DNA of 64,000 nucleotides, taken from assembly GCA_038206475.1 (NCBI GenBank), contig JBBRAU010000002.1, forward strand, positions 13,892-77,891, in the 5' to 3' direction. A program made the translations under genes and the position numbers. Of the stretch, positions 36,777 to 44,471 are shown in pieces (the stretch's first letter is position 1; each line of letters starts with the position of its first letter). The notes beneath the pieces are model-generated. The model had not been told where the DNA came from and made no database searches. It saw only the letters and a program-made list of their open reading frames with translations. Source of the DNA: Patescibacteria group bacterium (GTDB lineage: Bacteria; Patescibacteriota; UBA1384; JBBRAU01).

Positions 36777-37106
36777 CTAGCCTTTGATTTCAACGTCGAC
36801 GCCGGCTGGCAGGTCCAGCGACATCAATGCGTCAATAGTCTTTGGCGTTGGCTCAAGCACGTCAATCAAGCGCTTGTGAACCCGAATTTCAAACTGCTCA
36901 CGAGCATCTTTATACTTGTTGGTGGCCCGGTTGACCGTGGTCATAGTGCGGTCGGTCGGCAGCGGAATGGGGCCGGCCACTTGGGCGCCGGTCCTCTCGG
37001 CCGTCTCAATAATCTGCAGGGCAGACTTATCGATGATGCGATAGTCGTAAGCCTTTAGCTTGATGCGGATTTTTTGTACGTCCTTCTTGTTAGTTGCGGC
37101 GGTCAC
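36777..37106 (-). CDS. rpsJ: 30S ribosomal protein S10
   Basis: [18 protein letters not shown]...; start set at GTG 37106 with AAGGAG SD 5 nt upstream. Confidence 0.9.
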   Translation of the reverse strand: MTAATNKKDVQKIRIKLKAYDYRIIDKSALQIIETAERTGAQVAGPIPLPTDRTMTTVNRATNKYKDAREQFEIRVHKRLIDVLEPTPKTIDALMSLDLPAGVDVEIKG

Positions 37107-37152
37107 GTGGTCTCCTTGGTACAAATCTCGTTGCTGATATTTGCTTTGACTG

Positions 37153-37202
37153 TCACGAACGTAGTGAGTGAAAAGGTTCTGGCGCGTAGCGACAGGTTCT
37201 TA
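37153..37202 (-). repeat. Recurring bipartite intergenic motif (copy between tuf stop and rpsJ start)
   Basis: Minus-sense TAAGAACCTGTCGCTACGCGCCAGAACCTTTTCACTCACTACGTTCGTGA; the TAA is the tuf stop codon. Confidence 0.6.
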
Positions 37203-38384
37203 TTTGACGATTTTGGTGACAGCACCAGCACCGACGGTGCGGCCGCCTTCTCGGATAGCGAAGCGCATGCCATCTTCCATGGCAATTGGAGCAATCAGCT
37301 TAACAGTGATATGCACGGTGTCACCTGGCATGGCCATTTCAGTGTCGGCCGGCAGGAAGACTTCACCAGTGACGTCGGTGGTGCGGATGTAAAACTGCGG
37401 TTTGTAACCTTTAAAGAACGGCGTGTGGCGGCCACCCTCTTCTTTGGTCAAGACGTAAATCTCGGCCTCAAATTCGGTGTGGGGCGTAATGGAGCCGGGC
37501 TTGGCTAACACCTGGCCGCGCTCAATCTCTTCACGCTCAATTCCGCGCAGCAAGGCGCCGATGTTATCGCCAGCCTGACCTTGGTCAAGCAGTTTCTTGA
37601 ACATTTCCACACCAGTGACAACCACTTTGCGAGTTGGCTTGACACCGACAATCTCAACCTCTTCGTTGATTTTGACGATGCCGCGCTCAACGCGACCAGT
37701 AGCCACCGTACCGCGGCCTTTAATAGAGAAGACATCTTCAACTGGCATCAGGAACGGCTTGTCGACGTCGCGAACTGGGTCTGGGATGAAATCATCCAAG
37801 GCCTTGACCAGCTCCATAATGTTCTCTTCGTACTTGGCGTCACCCTCAAGCGCCTTCAGGGCGCTGCCACGGATGATCGGCGTGTCGTCGCCTGGGTACT
37901 CATATTTGGACAAGAGCTCGCGGACTTCCATTTCAACCAGATCCAAAAGCTCTGGGTCGTCTACCATGTCAACTTTGTTCAAGAAAACGACAACGGCTGG
38001 CACACCAACTTGGCGCGCCAACAGAATGTGCTCGCGGGTTTGCGGCATCGGGCCGTCGGCGGCGGAAACCACCAAGATGGCGCCATCCATTTGGGCGGCA
38101 CCGGTGATCATGTTTTTGACGTAGTCAGCGTGGCCTGGGCAGTCAACGTGAGCGTAGTGACGCTTCTCTGACTCATACTCCTGGTGGGAGGTAGCGATGG
38201 TAATGCCGCGCTCGCGCTCTTCTGGTGCGTTGTCGATTTCATCGAACTTCTTGGCGGTAGCCATACCCTTTTTGGCCAACACGTGGGTGATGGCAGCGGT
38301 TAAGGTCGTTTTACCGTGATCAACGTGACCAATTGTGCCGACATTGACGTGCGGCTTGTTGCGCTGGAAGGTCTCCTGAGCCAT
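37200..38384 (-). CDS. tuf: Elongation factor Tu
   Basis: [16 protein letters not shown]1 motif, DCPGHADY; start at ATG 38384 with AAGGAG SD. Confidence 0.95.
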   Translation of the reverse strand: MAQETFQRNKPHVNVGTIGHVDHGKTTLTAAITHVLAKKGMATAKKFDEIDNAPEERERGITIATSHQEYESEKRHYAHVDCPGHADYVKNMITGAAQMDGAILVVSAADGPMPQTREHILLARQVGVPAVVVFLNKVDMVDDPELLDLVEMEVRELLSKYEYPGDDTPIIRGSALKALEGDAKYEENIMELVKALDDFIPDPVRDVDKPFLMPVEDVFSIKGRGTVATGRVERGIVKINEEVEIVGVKPTRKVVVTGVEMFKKLLDQGQAGDNIGALLRGIEREEIERGQVLAKPGSITPHTEFEAEIYVLTKEEGGRHTPFFKGYKPQFYIRTTDVTGEVFLPADTEMAMPGDTVHITVKLIAPIAMEDGMRFAIREGGRTVGAGAVTKIVK

Positions 38385-38493
38385 ACATACTCCTTCTGAC
38401 TTACCCATTGGTGCTTAGACACGACCAATGAGGACCCGCATGCGACCCCAAAAGGCCGCTTTGCGTAGAACTTTGATTTATTTACTCATAAGC

Positions 38494-38522
38494 AGACTAA
38501 CTGATTTTATTGCCTTGGTCAA
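38494..38522 (-). promoter_or_regulatory. Candidate promoter for tuf
   Basis: Minus strand TTGACC - 17 nt - TAGTCT, about 110 nt upstream of the tuf start. Confidence 0.35.
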
Positions 38523-38552
38523 TATTTTGCCACCGGGCCGCTGAGGACGATG

Positions 38553-38586
38553 TAAAAAATCCCCACCGCAGTGTTGCGCGGTGGGG
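38553..38586 (-). terminator. Rho-independent terminator after the small secreted-protein gene
   Basis: 9-bp stem CCCCACCGC/GCGGTGGGG followed on the minus strand by AUUUUUU. Confidence 0.65.
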
Positions 38587-38605
38587 ATGAGGATGCTTGC
38601 CGGCC

Positions 38606-38902
38606 TCAGGGGCCGGCGGTGTCCCACGCGGACTCGGGCAGGAGCTCACTCTCCCTGCGGGCACTGTATATCCCCAGCAGGGCCAGATCCTTCTCGTTTT
38701 CCTCGCCGCGGGCCCCCCTGTACAGGGGCAGGAACTCCTTGCACCAGTCCTGCACGTCCGCATCCTCGGACGTGCAGTCACCGGCGATGGCCAGCCTTTC
38801 GCCATCGTCTTGCTGGTACCTTTCTGTGCCGTCGGTGATGTCGAAGAAGCAGAACATCACCACGAGCACCACGCAGGCGAACACTTCAACGATTTTTTTC
38901 AT
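38606..38902 (-). CDS. Small secreted or membrane-anchored acidic Cys-containing protein, unknown function
   Basis: GGAGG SD 7 nt before ATG; N-terminal hydrophobic segment MKKIVEVFACVVLVVMFCFF; own terminator; AGG/CTG/GTG/GAC codon usage. Confidence 0.5.
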   Translation of the reverse strand: MKKIVEVFACVVLVVMFCFFDITDGTERYQQDDGERLAIAGDCTSEDADVQDWCKEFLPLYRGARGEENEKDLALLGIYSARRESELLPESAWDTAGP

Positions 38903-38982
38903 TGCAGGCCTCCTTGGCCGCGAAATAAAAGGAACAGAGAGTGACTATTTAATTTATGCATTATTTAGTATACTTTGTCAAT

Positions 38983-39783
38983 ATGAAGTATCTCTGGCCG
39001 GCCGCTATCACCCTATGCCTACTGAGCCTATTTTTGTGGCTCCACACGTGGCAACGACCGGCAAACAGCATTGCAGCCTCACCGCAAGCCTCCAGCACTG
39101 CCTATTCGGCTCCACCGAACCCGCTGGCCAGCCTTTCAGCCTCCCCCGCTCTAGTAGACAGTCACACGCCTACGCGTATACCTAAGACGCGTCCAGCCAG
39201 CGTCAATATCAGCGTGCCATTTACTGTCCAGGCGCCAACTGGCCGTTGGGATGCCTTTCATGAGGAAACCTGTGAAGAAGCGGCGGCGCTGATGGCTGCC
39301 TATTGGCGCGACGCCAAATTGCACCGCAGCCTGGGTGACCCAGCCAAAATCCCCAACGATACGACCGAGACCGCTCTGCGCGCAATTGCCGATTGGGAGA
39401 CGCAAACGTTCGGCTATTGGCAAGATACGACGGCCACCGAAACAGCCGAAATTATAACCGATTATTTTCACCTGCAGGCGTCAGTAGAAACCATTGTCAG
39501 CACTGACACAATTGAACAGGCGCTGGCCGACGGCCATTTGGTACTGCTGCCGACCGCCGGCCGTCTACTAAATAGCCCCTACTACACGGCGCCGGGGCCG
39601 GCTTACCACTTTTTGCTCATCCGCGGTTATACCAACACCGACTTCATTACCAACGACGCCGGCACGAAGTACGGCGCAGGCTACCAATTTCGGAAAAAAA
39701 CCGTTCTGCAGGCCATTCACGACTGGACAGGAGACGCGGAAACCATTACAACTGGTCGTAGCGTCATGATTGTCGTGCAGTAG
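38983..39783 (+). CDS. Peptidase C39-like (YvpB-like) domain protein, N-terminal signal anchor
   Basis: Hydrophobic N-terminus, Ser/Pro/Ala linker, VPFTVQAPTGRWDAFHEETCEEAAALMAAYW resembling C39_2 catalytic Cys region; start ambiguous (38956 or 38983). Confidence 0.55.
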   Translation: MKYLWPAAITLCLLSLFLWLHTWQRPANSIAASPQASSTAYSAPPNPLASLSASPALVDSHTPTRIPKTRPASVNISVPFTVQAPTGRWDAFHEETCEEAAALMAAYWRDAKLHRSLGDPAKIPNDTTETALRAIADWETQTFGYWQDTTATETAEIITDYFHLQASVETIVSTDTIEQALADGHLVLLPTAGRLLNSPYYTAPGPAYHFLLIRGYTNTDFITNDAGTKYGAGYQFRKKTVLQAIHDWTGDAETITTGRSVMIVVQ

Positions 39784-39804
39784 CTTTGGAGCTCGAAAAG
39801 GGGA

Positions 39805-40206
39805 ATGATGATTGATCTTCAACATATTGATGCGCGTGCTGAACCGCTAACAGAAGAAAAAGTGCAGGCCATCCTGCTTGGATGCCGGATACGGACAGGA
39901 AAAGCAGCCAGAAAACTGTCGGCCGAATGGTATGAACTGAAATATTACCCAAAGTGGAAGGAGGGCTGGCTGCAGCTCAAAATACTGCGTGAAACCCCCT
40001 ATCCCGAGCGAACAGCCATGCTCTATCACTTCCTCGTCACCTTGCACCTTCACCACTGCTTATCCCACACGCACCAACGTCTTGTCGGGCCGATCACGCT
40101 CTGCGACGCCATGGATGAACAAGTGGCGCTGCTCTGCCAAAATGTCAGCCGTAACCCACCGTGGCGGGAGTGGTGGCTGTTGCAGCATATTCCTGGATAC
40201 CGCTAA
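39805..40206 (+). CDS. Hypothetical protein (His/Cys-rich segment LHLHHCLSHTH)
   Basis: 133-aa ORF with upstream AAAGGGG; ends at a hairpin terminator. Confidence 0.45.
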   Translation: MMIDLQHIDARAEPLTEEKVQAILLGCRIRTGKAARKLSAEWYELKYYPKWKEGWLQLKILRETPYPERTAMLYHFLVTLHLHHCLSHTHQRLVGPITLCDAMDEQVALLCQNVSRNPPWREWWLLQHIPGYR

Positions 40207-40208
40207 CC

Positions 40209-40236
40209 AAAACCCCGCTCTCCGGCGGGGCTTTTT
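40209..40236. terminator. Bidirectional terminator shared by the plus-strand insert and fusA
   Basis: CCCCGC/GCGGGG stem flanked by AAAA and TTTTT. Confidence 0.6.
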
Positions 40237-40295
40237 ATAACATAAGCAAATTATCGAGAAGCGTTCAGTTTGGCTGGATGTTTTTAAGCTCCGCG

Positions 40296-42368
40296 CTACC
40301 TGACTTTACCGGCCTTAATCTCTTCGGCGATATTGTTAGGCACTGGATCGTAGTGATCAAACTCCATGGCGTAGCTGGCCCGGCCTTGCGACAACGAACG
40401 CAGGCTGGTGGCGTAACCAAACATCGAGGCCAAGGGCACCATCGCCCGAATAACTTTAATACCAGCCCGCTCAGTCATTTCCTGAATTTGGCCGCGCTTG
40501 GCATTTAAGTCGCCCATGGCGTCACCCATAAACTCTTCTGGAGTAGTCACCTCAACGTGCATGATCGGTTCAAGAATGACCGGCTTAGCCTTGCGCACCC
40601 CTTCTTGGAAGGCCATTGAGCCGGCGATTTGGAAGGCCATTTCAGAGGAGTCAACTTCATGGAAGCTACCGTCATACAGAACGGCCTTAACGTCTACCAC
40701 TGGATAGCCAGCCACAACACCCTTGTGCGTCGCCTCTTCAATGCCTTTAGCCACCGGATTGATGTACTCCTTGGGAATAGTACCGCCGACAATTTTAGAT
40801 TCAAAGGTGAAACCACTGCCTGGCTCGCCGGGCGACAGCTCGAGCCAAACATGGCCGTACTGACCGCGTCCACCAGACTGGCGAATAAACTTGCCCTCTT
40901 GCTTGACCGTTTCGGTAATCGCTTCGCGGAAGGCGACCTGCGGTTTTCCGACGTTCGCTTCAACTTTGAACTCTCGCTTCATGCGGTCAACGATAATCTC
41001 GAGGTGTAGTTCACCCATACCGGCAATGATGGTCTGGCCAGAATCCTCGTCTGTCCGCACTTGGAACGTCGGGTCCTCTTCGGCGAGGCGCTGCAGAGCC
41101 ACACCCATCTTCTCTTGGTCAGCCTTAGTTTTCGGCTCAATCGCGACGTCAATAACCGGCTCTGGGAAGGTTATGGACTCCAGTTGCACCGGGTGCTCCG
41201 GGTCGCAGAGGGTGTTTCCAGTACGAGTGTTTTTAAGGCCGACGGCAGCCGCAATGTCTCCAGAGTACACTTCACTAACATCCTCGCGGTGATTAGCATG
41301 CAGCTGAACAATGCGACCGATACGCTCTTTATCGCCGGTAGCGGTGTTTAAAATGTAGCTGCCGGCCCGCAGGACTCCACGATAAACGCGGAAGAAGATG
41401 AGTTTACCGACAAACGGATCAGCTGCCACCTTGAAGGCCAGGGCGGCAAACGGCGCCTCGTCATCGGCGGCAATGCCAATATCCTCTTTGGTTTTTAAGT
41501 CAACGCCATGGGCTGGTGGCACGTCCAGCGGCGATGGCAAGTAGGCGACAATAGCGTCGAGCAGCGTTTCAACAACGACGCCACGGCCGTCTCCACCAAG
41601 AATCAGGAAGAAGTCGCCTTTAATGACCGCCTTGCGGATGGCTGTCCGAAAATCAGCGTCAGAAATTTCGTCGCCATTTAAGTATTTTTCAAGCAGCGCG
41701 TCATCAGCCTCAACCGCTTTCTCCAGCAATTCCGTACGGTACTGTTCAATTTGAGCGGCCATGTCGGCTGGCGGCTCACCTTCAACCAGCTCGTGGTCAG
41801 TGTAATCTTTATAGGTGTAAGCTTTGCGCGAAACCAGATCAACCACGCCATTCATTGACTGTTCAAAGCCAATCGGCAGCTGCAGGGGGAAGGCATTCGG
41901 CGACAGGCGCTCGCGGATAGAGGCCAGTGAATTAAAGAAATCGCCGCCGGTTTGGTTAATTTTATTAATAAAGCAGATGCGCGGCACTTGATACTTGTCA
42001 GCCTGGCGCCAGACTGTTTCTGACTGCGGCTCAACACCCATTTTGCCGTCAAAGATAACGACGGCGCCATCCAGCACACGCAGCGAGCGCTCAACTTCAA
42101 CTGTAAAGTCAACGTGTCCAGGCGTGTCGATAATATTAATGCGGTGACCCTTCCAAAAGGCGGAGGTGGCGGCTGAAGTAATGGTAATGCCGCGCTCGCG
42201 CTCTTGCTCCATCCAGTCCATGGTGGCTTCGCCCTCATGGACCTCACCGATTTTGTGGGTTTTGCCGGTGCGGTACAAAATGCCTTCGGTCACTGTCGTT
42301 TTGCCTGCATCAATGTGGGCAATCGTGCCAAAGTTGCGCGTGTGGTCTAGAGAGTACTCTCGGGGCAT
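40296..42368 (-). CDS. fusA: Elongation factor G
   Basis: [10 protein letters not shown]1 motif, 690 aa. Confidence 0.95.
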   Translation of the reverse strand: MPREYSLDHTRNFGTIAHIDAGKTTVTEGILYRTGKTHKIGEVHEGEATMDWMEQERERGITITSAATSAFWKGHRINIIDTPGHVDFTVEVERSLRVLDGAVVIFDGKMGVEPQSETVWRQADKYQVPRICFINKINQTGGDFFNSLASIRERLSPNAFPLQLPIGFEQSMNGVVDLVSRKAYTYKDYTDHELVEGEPPADMAAQIEQYRTELLEKAVEADDALLEKYLNGDEISDADFRTAIRKAVIKGDFFLILGGDGRGVVVETLLDAIVAYLPSPLDVPPAHGVDLKTKEDIGIAADDEAPFAALAFKVAADPFVGKLIFFRVYRGVLRAGSYILNTATGDKERIGRIVQLHANHREDVSEVYSGDIAAAVGLKNTRTGNTLCDPEHPVQLESITFPEPVIDVAIEPKTKADQEKMGVALQRLAEEDPTFQVRTDEDSGQTIIAGMGELHLEIIVDRMKREFKVEANVGKPQVAFREAITETVKQEGKFIRQSGGRGQYGHVWLELSPGEPGSGFTFESKIVGGTIPKEYINPVAKGIEEATHKGVVAGYPVVDVKAVLYDGSFHEVDSSEMAFQIAGSMAFQEGVRKAKPVILEPIMHVEVTTPEEFMGDAMGDLNAKRGQIQEMTERAGIKVIRAMVPLASMFGYATSLRSLSQGRASYAMEFDHYDPVPNNIAEEIKAGKVR

Positions 42369-42430
42369 GGGGTATTTCGTCTTTCTTCACTTGTGGCAAC
42401 ACAAAATTTGCCGTGTTGTCATCTCTGGCC

Positions 42431-42459
42431 AGACTAGCACAAAAAGGCTGTTTCGCCAA
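42431..42459 (-). promoter_or_regulatory. Candidate promoter for fusA
   Basis: Minus strand TTGGCG - 17 nt - TAGTCT (same -10 hexamer as the tuf candidate). Confidence 0.35.
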
Positions 42460-42480
42460 TCTGGTATGCTCTGCAGATGC

Positions 42481-42891
42481 TCAAAGAAGGCCGAGGTTTT
42501 GCTTATGACGAATAGAGGCTTTGGTACTGTCGCCGGATTTTCTCGGTCGGAGCGACCGGTATTGTAGGTTTGGCGGCCAATATAGCCTCCACGGGTTTAA
42601 CCTGACAAAAAAACGGAGGCGCATGGCGCCTCCGAAGAGTCGTTTTTGAGATTTACATGACTCGACGATGCACACATCATCGGCATGGTCGAACATCGAC
42701 ACAATGACGAACAAGAGCAGCAGCGGATACGGCTCAACATTCTCGATCAGGCCAGGAGCGCTTGGTAGCGTTATGCTGAAGTTGCCCGCCTGAGTATTGC
42801 CAGTTGACGGCGTTTTGCGCACGATGGGGCCGCTATTTCCTACAGGCAGCACGTCTGAATCAATGTGGATGACGGAGCGATTTTCAGGCAT
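42481..42891 (-). CDS. ORF of doubtful coding status downstream of the STAS gene
   Basis: Only open frame in the region; N-terminal two-thirds has plausible codon usage, but the frame runs through a strong terminator hairpin and a rare-codon W/R/P-rich tail. Confidence 0.2.
   Translation of the reverse strand: MPENRSVIHIDSDVLPVGNSGPIVRKTPSTGNTQAGNFSITLPSAPGLIENVEPYPLLLLFVIVSMFDHADDVCIVESCKSQKRLFGGAMRLRFFVRLNPWRLYWPPNLQYRSLRPRKSGDSTKASIRHKQNLGLL
42607..42634 (-). terminator. Strong rho-independent terminator
   Basis: 9-bp stem CGGAGGCGC/GCGCCTCCG with 3-nt loop, followed on the minus strand by U7. Confidence 0.65.
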
Positions 42892-43276
42892 TGGCTTTCT
42901 CCTGTTGCACGAAGGGAGCGAGAAACTGGACGGCTTCTTGCTCGGTTGCAAAAATAGTGAAGGTTTTCGTCAAGCCGGCGGCGTCTAGTACCCGTTGCGG
43001 TTGATCCGTGATCTGCAGCAACACGAGCTGACCCCCGTACCCGCGAATGCATCTGAGGGACCAGACAAGCCCTCCCAGCCCCGCCACGTCCATGTACGTA
43101 ACTAAGTGCATATTGAGGCCAATATAACGCCGGCCCAACAACTTCATTTTGACAACCATCTCGAGAAGACCAGGCGAGCTGTATGTGTCGAGTTCACCCT
43201 GAAGATCCAAAATGGTTACGCCGTCTACTTCTCGCTGCTCAATATCAAACTCCACCGACCTTCTCCTTATTGTCAC
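42884..43276 (-). CDS. STAS-domain protein (anti-sigma-factor antagonist-like)
   Basis: ILDLQGELD...LVTYMDVAGLGGLV...GGQLVLLQITDQPQRVLDAAGLTKTFTIFATEQEAVQFL; GTG start. Confidence 0.7.
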   Translation of the reverse strand: MTIRRRSVEFDIEQREVDGVTILDLQGELDTYSSPGLLEMVVKMKLLGRRYIGLNMHLVTYMDVAGLGGLVWSLRCIRGYGGQLVLLQITDQPQRVLDAAGLTKTFTIFATEQEAVQFLAPFVQQEKANA

Positions 43277-43320
43277 GGTGTTGCAAGATAGCTATTAGCC
43301 AACCACAACCATGGCTTAAA

Positions 43321-43348
43321 AGCAACAAAATCCGGCCTGAAGCCGGAT
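43321..43348 (-). terminator. Hairpin terminator after rpsG
   Basis: ATCCGGC/GCCGGAT stem followed by a U-rich tract on the minus strand. Confidence 0.5.
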
Positions 43349-43371
43349 GTTATCTTGAGACCAGCTAGTTT

Positions 43372-43845
43372 TTAGTAGCGAGCGAAATGAGCGAAAGCGC
43401 GGTTGGCCTCAGCCATTTTATGCATGTCTTCGCGTTTCTTCATGGCAGCGCCGGTGCCGGCAAAACCGTCCGAGATTTCATCAGCTAGGAAACGCCACAT
43501 TGGTTTGCCTTGGCGGTCACGGGCGGCATTAATAATCCAGCGCATGGCCAAAGCTGTGCGACGCTCGGTGCGCACCTCCATTGGTACTTGATAGTTGGCA
43601 CCGCCGACACGACGGCTGCGTACCTCAACCACTGGGCTAACATTTTTAATAACTTGTTCCAACAGTTCGGAAGGCTCTTGCTTGGTGCACTTAGCAGCCT
43701 CTTCCAGCGCCTGATAGACAATCTTTTTGGCCACAGTTTTTTTGCCATTCAACATAACCATATTAATTAATTTGGTTACGGTAATTGAGCCAAATTGCTC
43801 ATCTGGCGGCAGCAGTCTTTTTTTGAGATGGGTCTTCCCACGCAT
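43372..43845 (-). CDS. rpsG: 30S ribosomal protein S7
   Basis: 157 aa, conserved S7 N-terminal pattern and operon position. Confidence 0.9.
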   Translation of the reverse strand: MRGKTHLKKRLLPPDEQFGSITVTKLINMVMLNGKKTVAKKIVYQALEEAAKCTKQEPSELLEQVIKNVSPVVEVRSRRVGGANYQVPMEVRTERRTALAMRWIINAARDRQGKPMWRFLADEISDGFAGTGAAMKKREDMHKMAEANRAFAHFARY

Positions 43846-43847
43846 AA

Positions 43848-44267
43848 TTACTCTTTCGCTCGTTTGGCGCCGTACAGGCTACGACCCTGCTTGCGGTCTT
43901 TCACGCCCTGCAAATCAAGTTTGCCGCGAACAATACGATAGCGCATGCCTGGTAAATCCTTAACCCGGCCGCCTTGAATCATGACCACGGAGTGCTCTTG
44001 CAACGAGTGGCCTTCCCCCCGAATATAGGCGTTAACTTCCATCCCATTAGTCAGGCGAACGCGAGCAAATTTACGCAGCGCCGAGTTTGGCTTTTTTGGT
44101 GTGACGGTACCAACTTTAATGCAAACACCACGCTTTTGCGGCGCACCACCGTCCAGCTTAACTGGCCGATTTTTTAAGAAGTTAAAGGAGCGCTTGAGGG
44201 CAAGCGTTTTGTGACGTTCAATTTTGGGTGTGCGCGGTTTGCGCAGCAGCTGGTTAATAGTTGGCAT
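43848..44267 (-). CDS. rpsL: 30S ribosomal protein S12
   Basis: [12 protein letters not shown]...[10 protein letters not shown]; start at internal ATG 44267. Confidence 0.9.
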   Translation of the reverse strand: MPTINQLLRKPRTPKIERHKTLALKRSFNFLKNRPVKLDGGAPQKRGVCIKVGTVTPKKPNSALRKFARVRLTNGMEVNAYIRGEGHSLQEHSVVMIQGGRVKDLPGMRYRIVRGKLDLQGVKDRKQGRSLYGAKRAKE

Positions 44268-44356
44268 AGTTCTACCGAAGAATAGCATAAATGAGTGACT
44301 TGAGCAAGCGTCGATATAAAGCCAATGCTCCCCTGAGAAGCGCCACTCTTGGGTAG

Positions 44357-44385
44357 CAAAAAGCCCCGCCAAGCGGGGCTTTTTG
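44357..44385. terminator. Bidirectional terminator after rpoC
   Basis: 8-bp stem AGCCCCGC/GCGGGGCT with 3-nt loop, flanked by AAAAA and TTTTT. Confidence 0.65.
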
Positions 44386-44471
44386 TGATTCAGCTTTGCC
44401 TACCGCGAGTGCCGGAAGCAATAAACTTCTGCCGCCGGTAAGTTTTTTAGACCGCAGGTCGCAAGCTCCGC

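Noticed and set aside
38983-40206. Bacteriocin-processing system (C39 peptidase with double-glycine leader substrate)
   Set aside because: The peptidase resembles the YvpB-like C39_2 family rather than ABC-transporter C39 domains, no ABC transporter is present, and the small neighbouring protein has no GG leader motif
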